Shown here: positions 1 to 9,609 of the stretch, piece by piece
Layout: every line of letters starts with the position of its first letter
Numbering within the stretch: position 1 is the first letter of the stretch
Source of the DNA: an uncultured Acidobacteriota bacterium
GTDB taxonomy: Bacteria; Acidobacteriota; Blastocatellia; Pyrinomonadales; Pyrinomonadaceae
Direction of reading: 5' to 3'
Length of the DNA stretch: 64,000 nucleotides
Assembly: GCA_963785125.1 (NCBI GenBank)
Contig: CAWATU010000004.1
Location: 51,260-115,259, forward strand
Program-made: the position numbers and the translations under genes
Notes under the pieces: generated by a model
The model's input: only the letters and a program-made list of their open reading frames with translations
Told to the model about the DNA's origin: nothing
The model's database searches: none

Positions 1-419
1 GGCTGGTGCGTGCCGATGAGGCGCCGGTCGAGCGCGCGCGAGCCGAAGACCACGTCGTACTGCCCCGAGCGTATCGGCTCGACGAGCTTGGGCGTCTCCG
101 TGATGGGCATCGAGAGGTCTGCGTCGAAGAAGGCGGCGACCTTGTTGCGCGCGGCCAGGAGCCCCGTGCGCACGGCGTTCCCCTTACCCTTGTTCGGCTC
201 GACGCGGATGACGCGCCCCTCGACCGAGGGCACCGCGCGCTCGTTGAAGACCGCTTCGGCGACTCGCGACGTGTCGTCTTTCGAGCCGTCATCGACGACG
301 ATGACCTCGCCGCCGCCGGGCTGGTCTTCCAGATAGGCCACGACCTCGCGCAAAGTCTTCGCGATGCGCGCCGACTCGTTGTAAGCGGGAATGACGATTG
401 AGAGAGAAGATGAAGACAT
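1..419 (-). CDS. family 2 (GT-A) glycosyltransferase, polyprenol-phosphate glycosyltransferase-like; 3' end outside window
   Basis: Own minus-strand translation from ATG (plus-strand CAT 417-419): MSSSSLSIVIPAYNESARIAKTLREVVAYLEDQPGGGEVIVVDDGSKDDTSRVA...NKGKGNAVRTGLLAARNKVAAFFDADLSMP. This is the GT2 N-terminal signature (PAYNE, DDGSxD, DAD). It is absent from the ORF track because it runs off the left edge. Track ORFs 6..401 and 10..336 (+) are its antisense shadow. Confidence 0.75.
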   Translation of the reverse strand, partial: MSSSSLSIVIPAYNESARIAKTLREVVAYLEDQPGGGEVIVVDDGSKDDTSRVAEAVFNERAVPSVEGRVIRVEPNKGKGNAVRTGLLAARNKVAAFFDADLSMPITETPKLVEPIRSGQYDVVFGSRALDRRLIGTHQ

Positions 420-470
420 CGGTTAGGCAAAAATTCCGGGTCAAATACTGCTGCGAAAATATATCAGAAA

Positions 471-621
471 GTGGTCAGGAGACAGTAGTCAGGAGGAGAG
501 CAGGCAGTAGGCAGATGGCAGTTAAGCGCCCAGCCGTCAAAAGTTTTTAAGTAACCCCTCAACAAACTTAACGCGGAGCGTACTGCCAACTACCATCTGC
601 CTACTGCCTACTTCCCTGCTC
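471..621. repeat. GGCAGTA-family imperfect palindromic element, copy A
   Basis: Arms at ~502-523 (AGGCAGTAGGCAGATGGCAGTT) and ~588-609 (AACTACCATCTGCCTACTGCCT) pair with one mismatch around a ~64-nt spacer. Further heptamer-like units (GTCAGGA GACAGTA GTCAGGA) lie upstream. The element sits in the divergent region between the GT2 gene and the protease gene. Confidence 0.7.
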
Positions 622-687
622 GTGTTAAAATCCCCACACGGGCGTATAAACGCGCGGAGGACGAGGGGAGTTCGGGAGTTTCAATCC

Positions 688-2421
688 ATGAGCAGCAGGA
701 CGTTCGGACGCATCACGGCGGCGGTCATCATCGTGGCGGCGACGCTGGTCGGCGGCATCTACGGGCGGCGCGCCTTCTCGCAGCAGGTCGGCGCCGACGG
801 CGGCGCGCAGCGCATCGAGTCTACCTACCAGGAGGCGCTCTCGGTCATCTCGGAGAACTACGTGGACAGCGTGGACTACGAGAAGGCCAACGAGGCCGCC
901 ATCCAGGGGATGCTCTTTACGCTCGACCCGCATTCGAGCTTCTTCTCGCCGGCCGAGTATCGACGCCTCCTGCAAGACCAGGAGTCGCGCTTCACCGGCA
1001 TCGGCGTCTCCATCCTGCGCCATCGCGACGGCGTCTACGTCCAGACGCCCATCGAGGGCACACCCGCGGCGAAGGCGGGCATGCGCTTCGGCGACCGCAT
1101 CGTCGAGGTGGACGGCAAGGACGCGCGCGACTGGACGACGCAGGCCGTCTCGAAGGCCGTGCGCGGCCCCGAGGGCGAGCCCGTCACCATCAAGATCGAG
1201 CGCGCGGGCAGTCAGGCCCCGCTCTTCTTCACCATCAAGCGCGGCAGCGTCCCGCAGCCCTCCATCCGCAACGCCTTCATGGTCAGGCCCGGCGTCGGCT
1301 ACGTGGGTCTGACGGGCGGCTTCACGCACACGACTTCAGATGAGCTGGCCGCGGCGCTCGAAGAGTTGAGCGGGCAGGGGATGCAGCAGCTCGTCCTCGA
1401 CCTGCGCGGCAACCCGGGCGGTCTGCTCGACCAGGCCATCAAGGTCGCCAGCCACTTCGTCCCGCGGAACAAGGGGGTCGTCTCCGTCCGCACCCGCGAC
1501 GAAGATAACAACCGCGAGTATAAGAACGTCTACTTCGACCCGGTCGAACACCCGCTCGTCGTCCTCGTCAACGGCAACTCGGCCTCGGCCTCCGAGATCG
1601 TCGCGGGCGCGGTGCAGGATCACGGCCGCGGCCTCGTCGTCGGCGAGACGACGTTCGGCAAAGGGCTCGTCCAACGCATCTTCAACCTGCCCTACGGCGC
1701 GGGCCTGACGCTGACGACGGCGAAGTACTACACGCCCTACGGCCGCCTGATTCAGCGCTCGTACGCGGGCGGCTCCATCTACGACTACTACACGCACCAG
1801 AACCCGAACGCCGAGCCGACGCCGCAGACGACGAGCCCGACGACGCCCGTGAACCCGTCGGCGCCGCCCGCGCCCAACGCGGGTTCCGTCGTACCGACCC
1901 CGCAGCCGACGCCCGCGGCGACGCCTTCGGGGCCGCCCATCCGTACGGCGGGCGGGCGCGTCTTCTACGGCGGCGGCGGCATCACGCCCGACCGCGAGGT
2001 CAAGCCGCTCGAAGTGGGAAGCCCCGTGCGCGCGCGCATCTACGAGGAGGCTTTCCAGTTCGCACGGCAATTGGTCGGCGGGCAGATTGCGGGGCTTGAG
2101 AGCTACCGCGTGACCGCCGAGCCGCAGTTCGGCAAGAGCGCCCGACCGACCGACTTCCCCGTCAGCGACAAGGTCTTGCAGGCGTTCCGCGACTTCGCCA
2201 AACGCGACGCGGAGTCGGGCCTGACGCTCACGCAGATCGACCGCGAAATCGAGTACGTGCGCCTGCGCATCCGCGAGAACCTCGTCAACGCTACCTACGG
2301 CGGCGACGCCGCGACGCGCTACCTCCTCGAAGGCGACCCGCAGGTGCTCCGCGCCCTCGAACTCTTCCCCGAGGCCAAAGCCCTCGCCGAGAACATCAGC
2401 CGCCGTCCTGACTCGGAATGA
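688..2421 (+). CDS. S41 family C-terminal processing peptidase with PDZ domain
   Basis: Track ORF 622..2421; the likely start is ATG 688 (MSSRTF.. followed by a TM/signal anchor). PDZ segment: GIGVSI...GTPAAKAGMRFGDRIVEVDG. S41 motifs: LVLDLRGNPGG and NGNSASASEIVAGAVQDHGRGLVVGETTFGKG. There is a P/T-rich insert in the C-terminal half. Confidence 0.9.
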   Translation: MSSRTFGRITAAVIIVAATLVGGIYGRRAFSQQVGADGGAQRIESTYQEALSVISENYVDSVDYEKANEAAIQGMLFTLDPHSSFFSPAEYRRLLQDQESRFTGIGVSILRHRDGVYVQTPIEGTPAAKAGMRFGDRIVEVDGKDARDWTTQAVSKAVRGPEGEPVTIKIERAGSQAPLFFTIKRGSVPQPSIRNAFMVRPGVGYVGLTGGFTHTTSDELAAALEELSGQGMQQLVLDLRGNPGGLLDQAIKVASHFVPRNKGVVSVRTRDEDNNREYKNVYFDPVEHPLVVLVNGNSASASEIVAGAVQDHGRGLVVGETTFGKGLVQRIFNLPYGAGLTLTTAKYYTPYGRLIQRSYAGGSIYDYYTHQNPNAEPTPQTTSPTTPVNPSAPPAPNAGSVVPTPQPTPAATPSGPPIRTAGGRVFYGGGGITPDREVKPLEVGSPVRARIYEEAFQFARQLVGGQIAGLESYRVTAEPQFGKSARPTDFPVSDKVLQAFRDFAKRDAESGLTLTQIDREIEYVRLRIRENLVNATYGGDAATRYLLEGDPQVLRALELFPEAKALAENISRRPDSE

Positions 2422-2459
2422 GAGTCTCCGGCTGCTGAGAAGTCGGGGAGGAGCGCCCG

Positions 2460-2654
2460 ATGAAGAAGAAGATTCTGGTCAGAAAACTTTCACTGCACGA
2501 CCCCGAAGTGAATGATCTGAAGGGCAAAACGCCGGGAGAGCTGATGGGCATGATGTGGCAGCTTACTCTCGACGCCTGGGCGTTCAAGGAAAAACTTGAT
2601 GCTGAATCCAGACTTCAGAGACATGTTGTCGTGCTTAAAAAACGAGGGGGTTGA
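2460..2654 (+). CDS. small hypothetical protein (upstream partner of the nucleotidyltransferase)
   Basis: 64-aa ORF inside a visibly lower-GC islet. It overlaps the next ORF by 59 nt in another frame. No domain recognised. Confidence 0.4.
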   Translation: MKKKILVRKLSLHDPEVNDLKGKTPGELMGMMWQLTLDAWAFKEKLDAESRLQRHVVVLKKRGG

Positions 2655-3057
2655 TTTCATTGTCGTAGGCGCGTACGCCCTCGCGTCGCACGGCCTCATC
2701 CGTGCGACGGGCGACATCGACGTTTGGCTCAGCATCAGCCCCGACAACGCGAACAAGGTTTTGCGCGCTCTCGCCAGATTCGGCGCGCCGACCTCTGGCC
2801 TCTCCGAAAAAGACTTCACAACTCCTGACACAATCATTCAGCTCGGCGTCGAGCCTCGCAGGATCGACCTCATCACGGGAATCGACGGCGTTGAGTTCGA
2901 CGAGGCAGCACGCCGCAAGGTGAGGGTGGATGTGGATGGCGTGGAGGTTTTTGTCTTGTCAAAAGAGGACTTACTGAAGAATAAACTGGCCGCAGGGCGC
3001 GATAAGGATCGCGGGGACATAGCTTGGCTGGAAAAGAGGCTGAGCGATGAAGGCTAG
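2596..3057 (+). CDS. stand-alone Pol-beta-fold nucleotidyltransferase-like protein
   Basis: VVGAYALASHG...ATGDIDVW matches the G-x(n)-DxD nucleotidyltransferase motif. About 150 aa. Lower GC than the flanking genes. Confidence 0.6.
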   Translation: MMLNPDFRDMLSCLKNEGVDFIVVGAYALASHGLIRATGDIDVWLSISPDNANKVLRALARFGAPTSGLSEKDFTTPDTIIQLGVEPRRIDLITGIDGVEFDEAARRKVRVDVDGVEVFVLSKEDLLKNKLAAGRDKDRGDIAWLEKRLSDEG

Positions 3058-3139
3058 AAGCTATCCCTAAACCATCAATTTCGCCCTGATGTTATGGGCA
3101 TTTCGAGGTTTAGGGATAACTTCTAGTCATTTTGTAATG

Positions 3140-3182
3140 CGGAGGGGGCGCGGAGATAAGTTATTTCTCCGCGCCCCCTCCG
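3140..3182. terminator. GC-rich hairpin between convergent genes (bidirectional terminator candidate)
   Basis: 17-bp perfect stem CGGAGGGGGCGCGGAGA / TCTCCGCGCCCCCTCCG with a 9-nt loop. A second imperfect 18-bp hairpin lies at ~3056-3124. Confidence 0.6.
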
Positions 3183-3200
3183 GGTCCTCTGCATTGAAAT

Positions 3201-4199
3201 TCAAGCAACGTTAACTGCCAGTCTGTTCTTTACGGCCCCGCTTATCTGCCGCTTGCGCGTCGCCGGCCGGGCTTTCTTTGGCGTGCCGAGGAGCGGCTCG
3301 GCGCGGCCGTCGGCGAGGGCTCGGCCCTGTTGGATGCTGGCGACAGGGACGACGAACCTGGTGCGGCGCGTGACGCTGGCGAGCATCTTCTCAAGCTCGG
3401 CGTCGTCGAGGTTGGCGGCGTCCACGCCGCTCGTGGACAGTTCGTCACGCAGGCGCGCGACCGTGTTGGTGCGGCGGTCATACACGTCCGGGTAGATGTA
3501 GAGCACGCCGCCCTCGACGACCAGCGTGTCGTAGTTGATGTCGAACTCCAGCGGATCTTCGAGCGCGGCCACGAGCGTATTTTTGGTCGCCTTGGCGTTC
3601 GCAATCTGCCGCCGCGTGACGGGCAAGGAACGCGCCGCGACGATCTTCTCCGCCAGCTCGTACAGGTCTGCGCGCATCATGCGTACGCAGCCGTGCGAGA
3701 CGAGGTTGCCGAGGTCGCCCAAGCCCTTCGCCTGATGGATGAGGTAGCCGTCGCCCAGAGGAATCTTGACCTTGCCGAGCGGGTTGCGTGGGTCGCTGGC
3801 CTTGATGACCTCACCGGCGCGGACGCCCTTGTGGCCTGTGACCCAGTCGCTCGAAGGCGGAATCCACGAGGGGTTCCAGATGACCTCGTTCGCCTCGCGC
3901 TCGCCGATATAGATGGGGTAGTCCTTCATCCCGACGCCGATGTTCCAGGACCTCACCTCGCGCCCGTTCTGCCAGAGCGTGAGGCGGAACGACGGAACGT
4001 TGAGCGTCAGCTTGATGTCGGGCTGTCCCGCCTCGAACTCCGCCTTCTCGATCTTCCCGCCGGTCAGCTTGTCGGAACGCTCCGACTCGAAGCGGTCGTA
4101 GCGTATGTAACTCTGCTGCTGCTGCGCATAGGTCGCGCCCACCGACAGAGTCAGCGCGAGCGCCGCCAGCGAGACTCTTAAAATTCCGCGTCTCAACAT
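3201..4199 (-). CDS. L,D-transpeptidase (YkuD domain), secreted
   Basis: Signal peptide (LAALALTLSVGATYAQ) and catalytic motif LIHQ...LVSHGCVRM. Confidence 0.85.
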   Translation of the reverse strand: MLRRGILRVSLAALALTLSVGATYAQQQQSYIRYDRFESERSDKLTGGKIEKAEFEAGQPDIKLTLNVPSFRLTLWQNGREVRSWNIGVGMKDYPIYIGEREANEVIWNPSWIPPSSDWVTGHKGVRAGEVIKASDPRNPLGKVKIPLGDGYLIHQAKGLGDLGNLVSHGCVRMMRADLYELAEKIVAARSLPVTRRQIANAKATKNTLVAALEDPLEFDINYDTLVVEGGVLYIYPDVYDRRTNTVARLRDELSTSGVDAANLDDAELEKMLASVTRRTRFVVPVASIQQGRALADGRAEPLLGTPKKARPATRKRQISGAVKNRLAVNVA

Positions 4200-4352
4200 G
4201 AATACTTCACTCCCTCCTCAACGAAAGCCCGCGCGCGCGGCCGGGAGGGAGAGCCGTGCGCGGACGTGTTCCGACTTAAACGAACGGGGGTTGCGGGGAT
4301 AGGTATAGTTATCCGACGAAATGGTTGTCCGGCGCAAGTGGGGCGGGGATGC

Positions 4353-6023
4353 TCAGTTACCGATGACGCCGAAGTACATCAGGGTAGCCTGCACGACGCC
4401 GATGAAGAAGCCCATGCCGAGGCCGAAGAGCTCGATGGTGCGGAGGTGCTGCTTGGCGACCGAGAGGACGAGGTCTTCGAGCTTCTTGATGGGATAGCCG
4501 GCGACCTTCTCCTCGACGATGCGGCCGATGTCGAACTCGGCGATGGCCGCGGGCAGGCGCTCGCGCGCGGCCGATTCGATCCTGTCGGTCAGCATGTCGG
4601 CGGCGCGCCTGACCTTCTCCTCGGGCACGAGGTCGCCGACGCGGCCGATGGGCCTGACCAGCAGTTTCTCCACCTGCGAGGCGAGGATGGCGTTGATGGT
4701 GCGCGCCGTCTCTTCGCGCGCGAGGACGCCGTTGAGGCCGCGCGCGAGCAGGCGCTTGACCTCATCGACCGAGTCGGGGCGCGCGTGTTCGAGCAGCGCA
4801 CGAAGGCTGTGCGGCTTCAGGCGCTCCAGCGCGTCGGTGAGGTAGGCCGAGACCGAGGTCGAAAGCTCCGCGCTCTGCGCGATGGCGAGGATGCGCTCGG
4901 CAACCTGATCTTTGATCGTTTCGAGCTTCTCGGGGGCGACGGTGCCGACCAGCTCGTTGACGGGGCGCGCGAGCACGTTGTCGATGGAGGCGTTGATGAA
5001 CTCCTCGGCCTGCCGCTCGAACGCCTCGCCCGAGAGGAACTCGCCGACGCGGCGCGGCAATGTCTTGTTGATGAGGTCGTCCACCTCGCCGTGAATCTGC
5101 TCGCGCGAGATGAAGATTTTTTTGAAGAAGCTGAGCTGCTTGTAGTAGTCGTCCACCTCGCGCTTGATGAGCGAGCCGATCTGCTTGCGCGTGTCCTTGT
5201 TCGTCGCAAGCTCGGTCAGGTGTTGGACGATGGGCGGCACCTGGCTGTCGATGCGCTCCTTGATGACGGCGACCGTGTCGGGCGTGAACATCTCGGCCAG
5301 CGTCGCGCTGCTCTGCGCCAGCTCGTCCACGCGTAACGAGACGAACTCGCGCACCTTCGACTCGAACCCGCGCTCGTTGACGAGGCCGCGGAAGCGGTTC
5401 TCGACGAAGCCCAAGACCTGCTCGAACGCGTCGGGACTGACCGCCTCGGAGAGGCGTTGCGAGAGCAGCCCGTCCACGCGCCGGTCAACGAAGCGCGTGA
5501 GCGCCTCGGCCGTCTCCTCGCTGCGGAGCGCGCCGGCGATGTGCTCGGCGATGCGGAGTTGGAGCGCGGCGAGTGCGTCAAGGACGGTCGCGCGCGCCGA
5601 CTTCGGGATGGCGTCGAGGAAGGTCGCGTAGTTCTTCTCCAACATCTCCTCTGTGTAGGAGTTGACGAGGGACTCGACCTTGCGGCGGAAGAAGCCGGTC
5701 TCGAACAACGCGTGGACGACCGTCTCCTGCGAGACCAGTTCGTTGCCGACGGCGTGGCCGATGGTCTGTGCGAGACGCTCGCGGTGGCGCGGGATCATGC
5801 CCTGCGGCCAGATGGTGAGGCCGAAAATCTTCACGGGCCGGTGCGGGCGGAAGAGCATCCGCACGGCGAGCCACGCCGCGCCGTAGCCGTGGAAGGTGGC
5901 GACGAAGATGATGACGAACGGCTCGAACCACTTACTGTGGATGACGGCGTTAACCCACTCGATGGAGAGCACCCCACACGCGCGCGGCGAATTTTCAGGG
6001 AACGCCTTCGATGCTAAACGCAC
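4353..6023 (-). CDS. DUF445-family membrane protein
   Basis: N-terminal TM with FHGYGAAWLAVRMLFRPHRP, a long helical middle, and a C-terminal TM (GMGFFIGVVQATLMYFGVIG). The exact start is uncertain. Confidence 0.65.
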   Translation of the reverse strand: MRLASKAFPENSPRACGVLSIEWVNAVIHSKWFEPFVIIFVATFHGYGAAWLAVRMLFRPHRPVKIFGLTIWPQGMIPRHRERLAQTIGHAVGNELVSQETVVHALFETGFFRRKVESLVNSYTEEMLEKNYATFLDAIPKSARATVLDALAALQLRIAEHIAGALRSEETAEALTRFVDRRVDGLLSQRLSEAVSPDAFEQVLGFVENRFRGLVNERGFESKVREFVSLRVDELAQSSATLAEMFTPDTVAVIKERIDSQVPPIVQHLTELATNKDTRKQIGSLIKREVDDYYKQLSFFKKIFISREQIHGEVDDLINKTLPRRVGEFLSGEAFERQAEEFINASIDNVLARPVNELVGTVAPEKLETIKDQVAERILAIAQSAELSTSVSAYLTDALERLKPHSLRALLEHARPDSVDEVKRLLARGLNGVLAREETARTINAILASQVEKLLVRPIGRVGDLVPEEKVRRAADMLTDRIESAARERLPAAIAEFDIGRIVEEKVAGYPIKKLEDLVLSVAKQHLRTIELFGLGMGFFIGVVQATLMYFGVIGN

Positions 6024-6049
6024 GGCGCGCGGGCGTCAAACGAATTCAC

Positions 6050-7084
6050 TCATCCACGGCCCACCGGCGCCGTCCGCGCGCGGGCGATGGCCGGGCGCCG
6101 CTCGACCTCAACCTTTCGCCGCTCGACTTCGATGTTGGTCTCCCGCTCCTCGCCTTTCGTCAAAAGGTCGGCGAGCGCGCTCTCAAGGTTGGTGTAGAGA
6201 AACTTGAAGTGCTCTTCGACGAGACGGTCGGGGATGCAGCGGCGGCCTTCGAGGGCGAGGGCCGGTTCGGTTCTTAAGACGAAGGCGCCGAGGCGGACGA
6301 GCCAGGCGGGTATGCGCGGGCTCCAGGGGCGCTTGAGCGCGCAGCGCAGCTCGCACATGAACTCGGCGTTGGTGACCGGGCACGGCCCCGTCGCGTTGTA
6401 GACGCCCGCGGCCTCTTCGCGCTCGACGCACCAGAGGGCGAGGCGGCAGAAGTCGCGCAGGTGGAGCCAGCTTATGTACTGATGCCCCTCGCCGACCGTG
6501 CCGCCGAGGTAGAGGCGCGCGAGGCGCGCGAGGGTGGGGAGCGCGCCGCCGTCGCGGCCGAGCACGAAGCCGATGCGCAACAGAACCTTGCGCGTCGCGG
6601 GCAGCTCAAGCGAGTCGAAGGCATGTTCCCAGCGCAGGCAGACCTCGACGGGGAAGCCTCGGCCCGCGGGCGCGTCCTCTGTGCAGACGCGGCGGCCCGC
6701 GTCGCCGTAGACGGCGAGCGAACCGGCCTGAACTAAAACTTTCGGCGGCTCCACGCACGCGGCAATCGCGCGGCCGACGGCCTCGACGGAGTATATGCGC
6801 GACTCGACGATCTCACGCCTGTGCTCCGGCGTGTGGCGGCAATCGACGCTGCGCCCCGCAAGGTTGACGACCGCGGCCGCGCCTTCCAGCTCGCGCGCCC
6901 ACGGCCCGACAGTCCGCCCGTCCCACTCGACCTGCCGCACGCGCGAACGCCGCTTACTCACGCGCCGCGTAAGCACGACCGGCTCATAGCCGGCGCGCGC
7001 GAACGCCTCTGCCAGCGCGCGACCCAGAAAACCGCTCCCGCCCGTGAGCACCACACGCCCCTTCGACACAAGCGCCTCAGACAT
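6050..7084 (-). CDS. TIGR01777/YfcH-like SDR epimerase family protein
   Basis: Start moved to ATG 7084 (MSEALVSKGRVVLTGGSGFLG Rossmann motif). C-terminal DUF1731-like EEHFKFLYTNLESAL. Confidence 0.8.
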   Translation of the reverse strand: MSEALVSKGRVVLTGGSGFLGRALAEAFARAGYEPVVLTRRVSKRRSRVRQVEWDGRTVGPWARELEGAAAVVNLAGRSVDCRHTPEHRREIVESRIYSVEAVGRAIAACVEPPKVLVQAGSLAVYGDAGRRVCTEDAPAGRGFPVEVCLRWEHAFDSLELPATRKVLLRIGFVLGRDGGALPTLARLARLYLGGTVGEGHQYISWLHLRDFCRLALWCVEREEAAGVYNATGPCPVTNAEFMCELRCALKRPWSPRIPAWLVRLGAFVLRTEPALALEGRRCIPDRLVEEHFKFLYTNLESALADLLTKGEERETNIEVERRKVEVERRPAIARARTAPVGRG

Positions 7085-7250
7085 GGCCTCGAACCTCCTC
7101 GCCGCGCGAACAGCGCGCCTTCGCCGAGTCAGTTCTTCAAACCCCATGCCGGACGCACGGAGAGCCTTTAGGCTTTGAGTTTTTAAGGCGAGACGTTCAC
7201 GCGCCTTGCAAAAGGCGAGTCGGGCATAGCGGGTTAGCAGTTTGCGAACG

Positions 7251-8651
7251 TCAGATAGCAGCGGCGGGTTTTTCGACGGGGTGGCCGGCGGCGATCCAGG
7301 CGCTGGTGCCGCCCTCGACGTTGTAGAGGCGTCGGAAGCCGAGCGGGCGGAGCAGGCTCGTCGCGGCGCTCGAACGGTAGCCGCCCGCGCAGATGACGGC
7401 GAGCGGGCGCTCCGGGTCGAGCCGCGCCGCCTCCTCGCGCAGGCGTGGGCCGAGGGGCGTGTTCAAGGCGCGCGGGGCGTGGCCGGCGTTGAACTCGGCC
7501 CCGCGGCGCACGTCGAGCAGTTGCAGCTCACCCTGCTCTTCGAGCATCCGGCGCAGCTCCGCCACCGACACCTGCTCGACCGAAGAGACTTCAAAGCCCG
7601 CCTCGCGCCAGGCGTCCATCCCGCCGCGCAGGTAGCCGCGCACTGTGTCATGGCCGACGCGGGCGAGGCGCGTCACGGCCTCGTCCACCTGCGACTCTTC
7701 CGCGGCGACGACGATGAGCGGTGCGCCCAGAGCAATCAAAGCCCCGGCCCAGCTCGCGAACTGTCCGCCCAGACCGATGTTGAGCGCGCCGGGGACGTGG
7801 CCCGCGCCGAACTCCGCAGCCGGGCGCACGTCGAGGACGACGTAACCGAGGTTGGCGTAGGCAACGACCTGCTGCGGAAGCAGGGCCGCGGGGCGATGCA
7901 CGTCCGCGAGCGGCGGCGCGCCCTCGCGGTTGATGCGCGCGTCGGCGGGGAAGTATGCGGGCGCCTCGGGCAGGTCGGTCGTCAACAGCTTGACGAACTC
8001 GTCGCGCCCCATCGGCGCGAGCGCGTAGTTGAAGCGGCGCTGCTGGCCGATGGTCGAAGAGGTCTCCTTCGAGATGTTGCGGCCGCACATCGAGCCGGCC
8101 CCGTGCGCGGGCCAGACCTCGACCTCGTCGTCGAGCTTGAGCAGTTTGTCGTGCAGGCTCTCGTACATCATCCCGGCCATCTGCTGCGGCGTGAAGCCGC
8201 GCGCGCCCGCGAGGTCGGGGCGGCCCACGTCTCCGACAAAAAGCGTGTCGCCCGTCAGAACCTTCTGCGGCGCGTCCGAGACCTCCGTGTCGGAGATGAC
8301 GAGCGAGATGCTCTCGGGCGTGTGGCCCGGAGTCTCCAAGACACGGAGACGGACGTGCCCGACGCGCAGCTCGTCGCCGTCTTTGGCCGCGCGATGTGGG
8401 AAGGTCGCGCCCGCGCGTGCGCCGATGACGATCTCGGCGCCGGTGCGCGCGGCCAGTTCCCCGTGTCCGCTGACGAAGTCTGCGTGCAGGTGCGTCTCGA
8501 CGACGTACTTGATCTTGAGCCCACAGGCTTCCGCCTCCGCGATGTACTGGTCAACGTCGCGCTGCGGGTCTACGACCGCGGCCTCGCCCGCGGAGCCGAC
8601 GAGGTAGGAGGCGTGCGCCAGACAGCCGAGATAGAACTGCTTGAAGTACAT
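7251..8651 (-). CDS. MBL-fold hydrolase fused to two rhodanese-like domains (persulfide dioxygenase/sulfurtransferase-like)
   Basis: HxHxD motif (VETHLHADFVSGH) and C-terminal rhodanese modules with the active-site loop ICAGGYRSS. Confidence 0.85.
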   Translation of the reverse strand: MYFKQFYLGCLAHASYLVGSAGEAAVVDPQRDVDQYIAEAEACGLKIKYVVETHLHADFVSGHGELAARTGAEIVIGARAGATFPHRAAKDGDELRVGHVRLRVLETPGHTPESISLVISDTEVSDAPQKVLTGDTLFVGDVGRPDLAGARGFTPQQMAGMMYESLHDKLLKLDDEVEVWPAHGAGSMCGRNISKETSSTIGQQRRFNYALAPMGRDEFVKLLTTDLPEAPAYFPADARINREGAPPLADVHRPAALLPQQVVAYANLGYVVLDVRPAAEFGAGHVPGALNIGLGGQFASWAGALIALGAPLIVVAAEESQVDEAVTRLARVGHDTVRGYLRGGMDAWREAGFEVSSVEQVSVAELRRMLEEQGELQLLDVRRGAEFNAGHAPRALNTPLGPRLREEAARLDPERPLAVICAGGYRSSAATSLLRPLGFRRLYNVEGGTSAWIAAGHPVEKPAAAI

Positions 8652-8799
8652 GACCCGAGACTCCTGTCGGATACTCTTGACCCGACGTGACGGCGGAGAA
8701 ATTTAAGACGACGGGCGGAAGAATTTCCGCGCCCGGATGTTACAATGGCGCCGGCCAAACCCCAAAAGCTCGAAGGACAAATTGGAGGAACGAAGAGTG

Positions 8800-9522
8800 A
8801 TGTATAAGCCGTGTCCGCGTCTCCTGCCGGCGCTGCTCGCCCCTGCCCTGTTGTTGTCGGCCGCCGCGCTCGCGCGCGCGCAGGAGTTCGCGCCGAAGTC
8901 GGATGAAGGCGCCGTGGTCGCGGCTCCGGCGACGCAACCGCAGCAGGGCACGCCGCAGCAGCAGCAGCCGACGCCCGACCCGCAGGGTCAGACTCAGAAC
9001 CGGCCCACGCCGCTCACGGCCGAAGGGAAGATCAAGCGCGCGTTCCGCGGCGCCTTCCTCAACCCCATCCCTTACGGAACCGCCGCCTTCAACGCAGGCA
9101 TCACGCAGTTGGGCGAAGACTATCCGCCGCACAAGAATACGGATGACAAGCTGGCCGACTGGGGCTCGCGCACGGCGCGCGTCTTCGCCACCGGCACGAC
9201 GTACAGGGTCTTCGGCAACGGCTTCTACCCGGCGCTCTTCAAGCAGGACCCGCGCTACGAGCGCTCGAAGAGTAAGAAGTTCGCGAGCCGTCTGGGCCAC
9301 GCCGTCAGCCGCCTCTTCGTGACGCGCGACGACGACTGGAACCTGGAGCCGAACTACTCGCGCTTCGCCGGCGCGGCCACGTCGAGCGCGCTCGCCAACG
9401 TCTGGGAGCGCAGCACGCCCAAGCACGACCGCATCGGCGCCGACGCCACCCTCAAGCGCTTCGGCAACACCTTCATCTCCGGCGCCATCGGCAACATCTT
9501 CCGCGAATTCTTAACGCGTTAA
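8800..9522 (+). CDS. secreted hypothetical protein
   Basis: ATG 8800 is preceded by GGAGGA. Signal peptide LLPALLAPALLLSAAALARAQE, then a Q/P-rich linker. No domain recognised. Confidence 0.55.
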   Translation: MYKPCPRLLPALLAPALLLSAAALARAQEFAPKSDEGAVVAAPATQPQQGTPQQQQPTPDPQGQTQNRPTPLTAEGKIKRAFRGAFLNPIPYGTAAFNAGITQLGEDYPPHKNTDDKLADWGSRTARVFATGTTYRVFGNGFYPALFKQDPRYERSKSKKFASRLGHAVSRLFVTRDDDWNLEPNYSRFAGAATSSALANVWERSTPKHDRIGADATLKRFGNTFISGAIGNIFREFLTR

Positions 9523-9525
9523 GTT

Positions 9526-9607
9526 AGAGGTTAGAGACCAGTCAGGCCGGGGGTCAGTTAGGACGATAACTCCTAACTGACCCCCGGCCTGACGGTCTCT
9601 AACCTTT
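9526..9607. repeat. long hairpin with heptamer-periodic arms (GGTTAGA type)
   Basis: ~36-bp stem with one bulged A and a 7-nt loop (CGATAAC). It fills the whole spacer between convergent stops at 9522 and 9610. Confidence 0.85.
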
Positions 9608-9609
9608 AT

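Noticed and set aside
4266-8690. Plus-strand ORFs 4266..5336, 5457..6017 and 7242..8690, and similar
   Set aside because: They lie antisense to the DUF445, epimerase and MBL-rhodanese genes, all of which show clear motifs. The rejected frames are D/R/A/G-rich without motifs.
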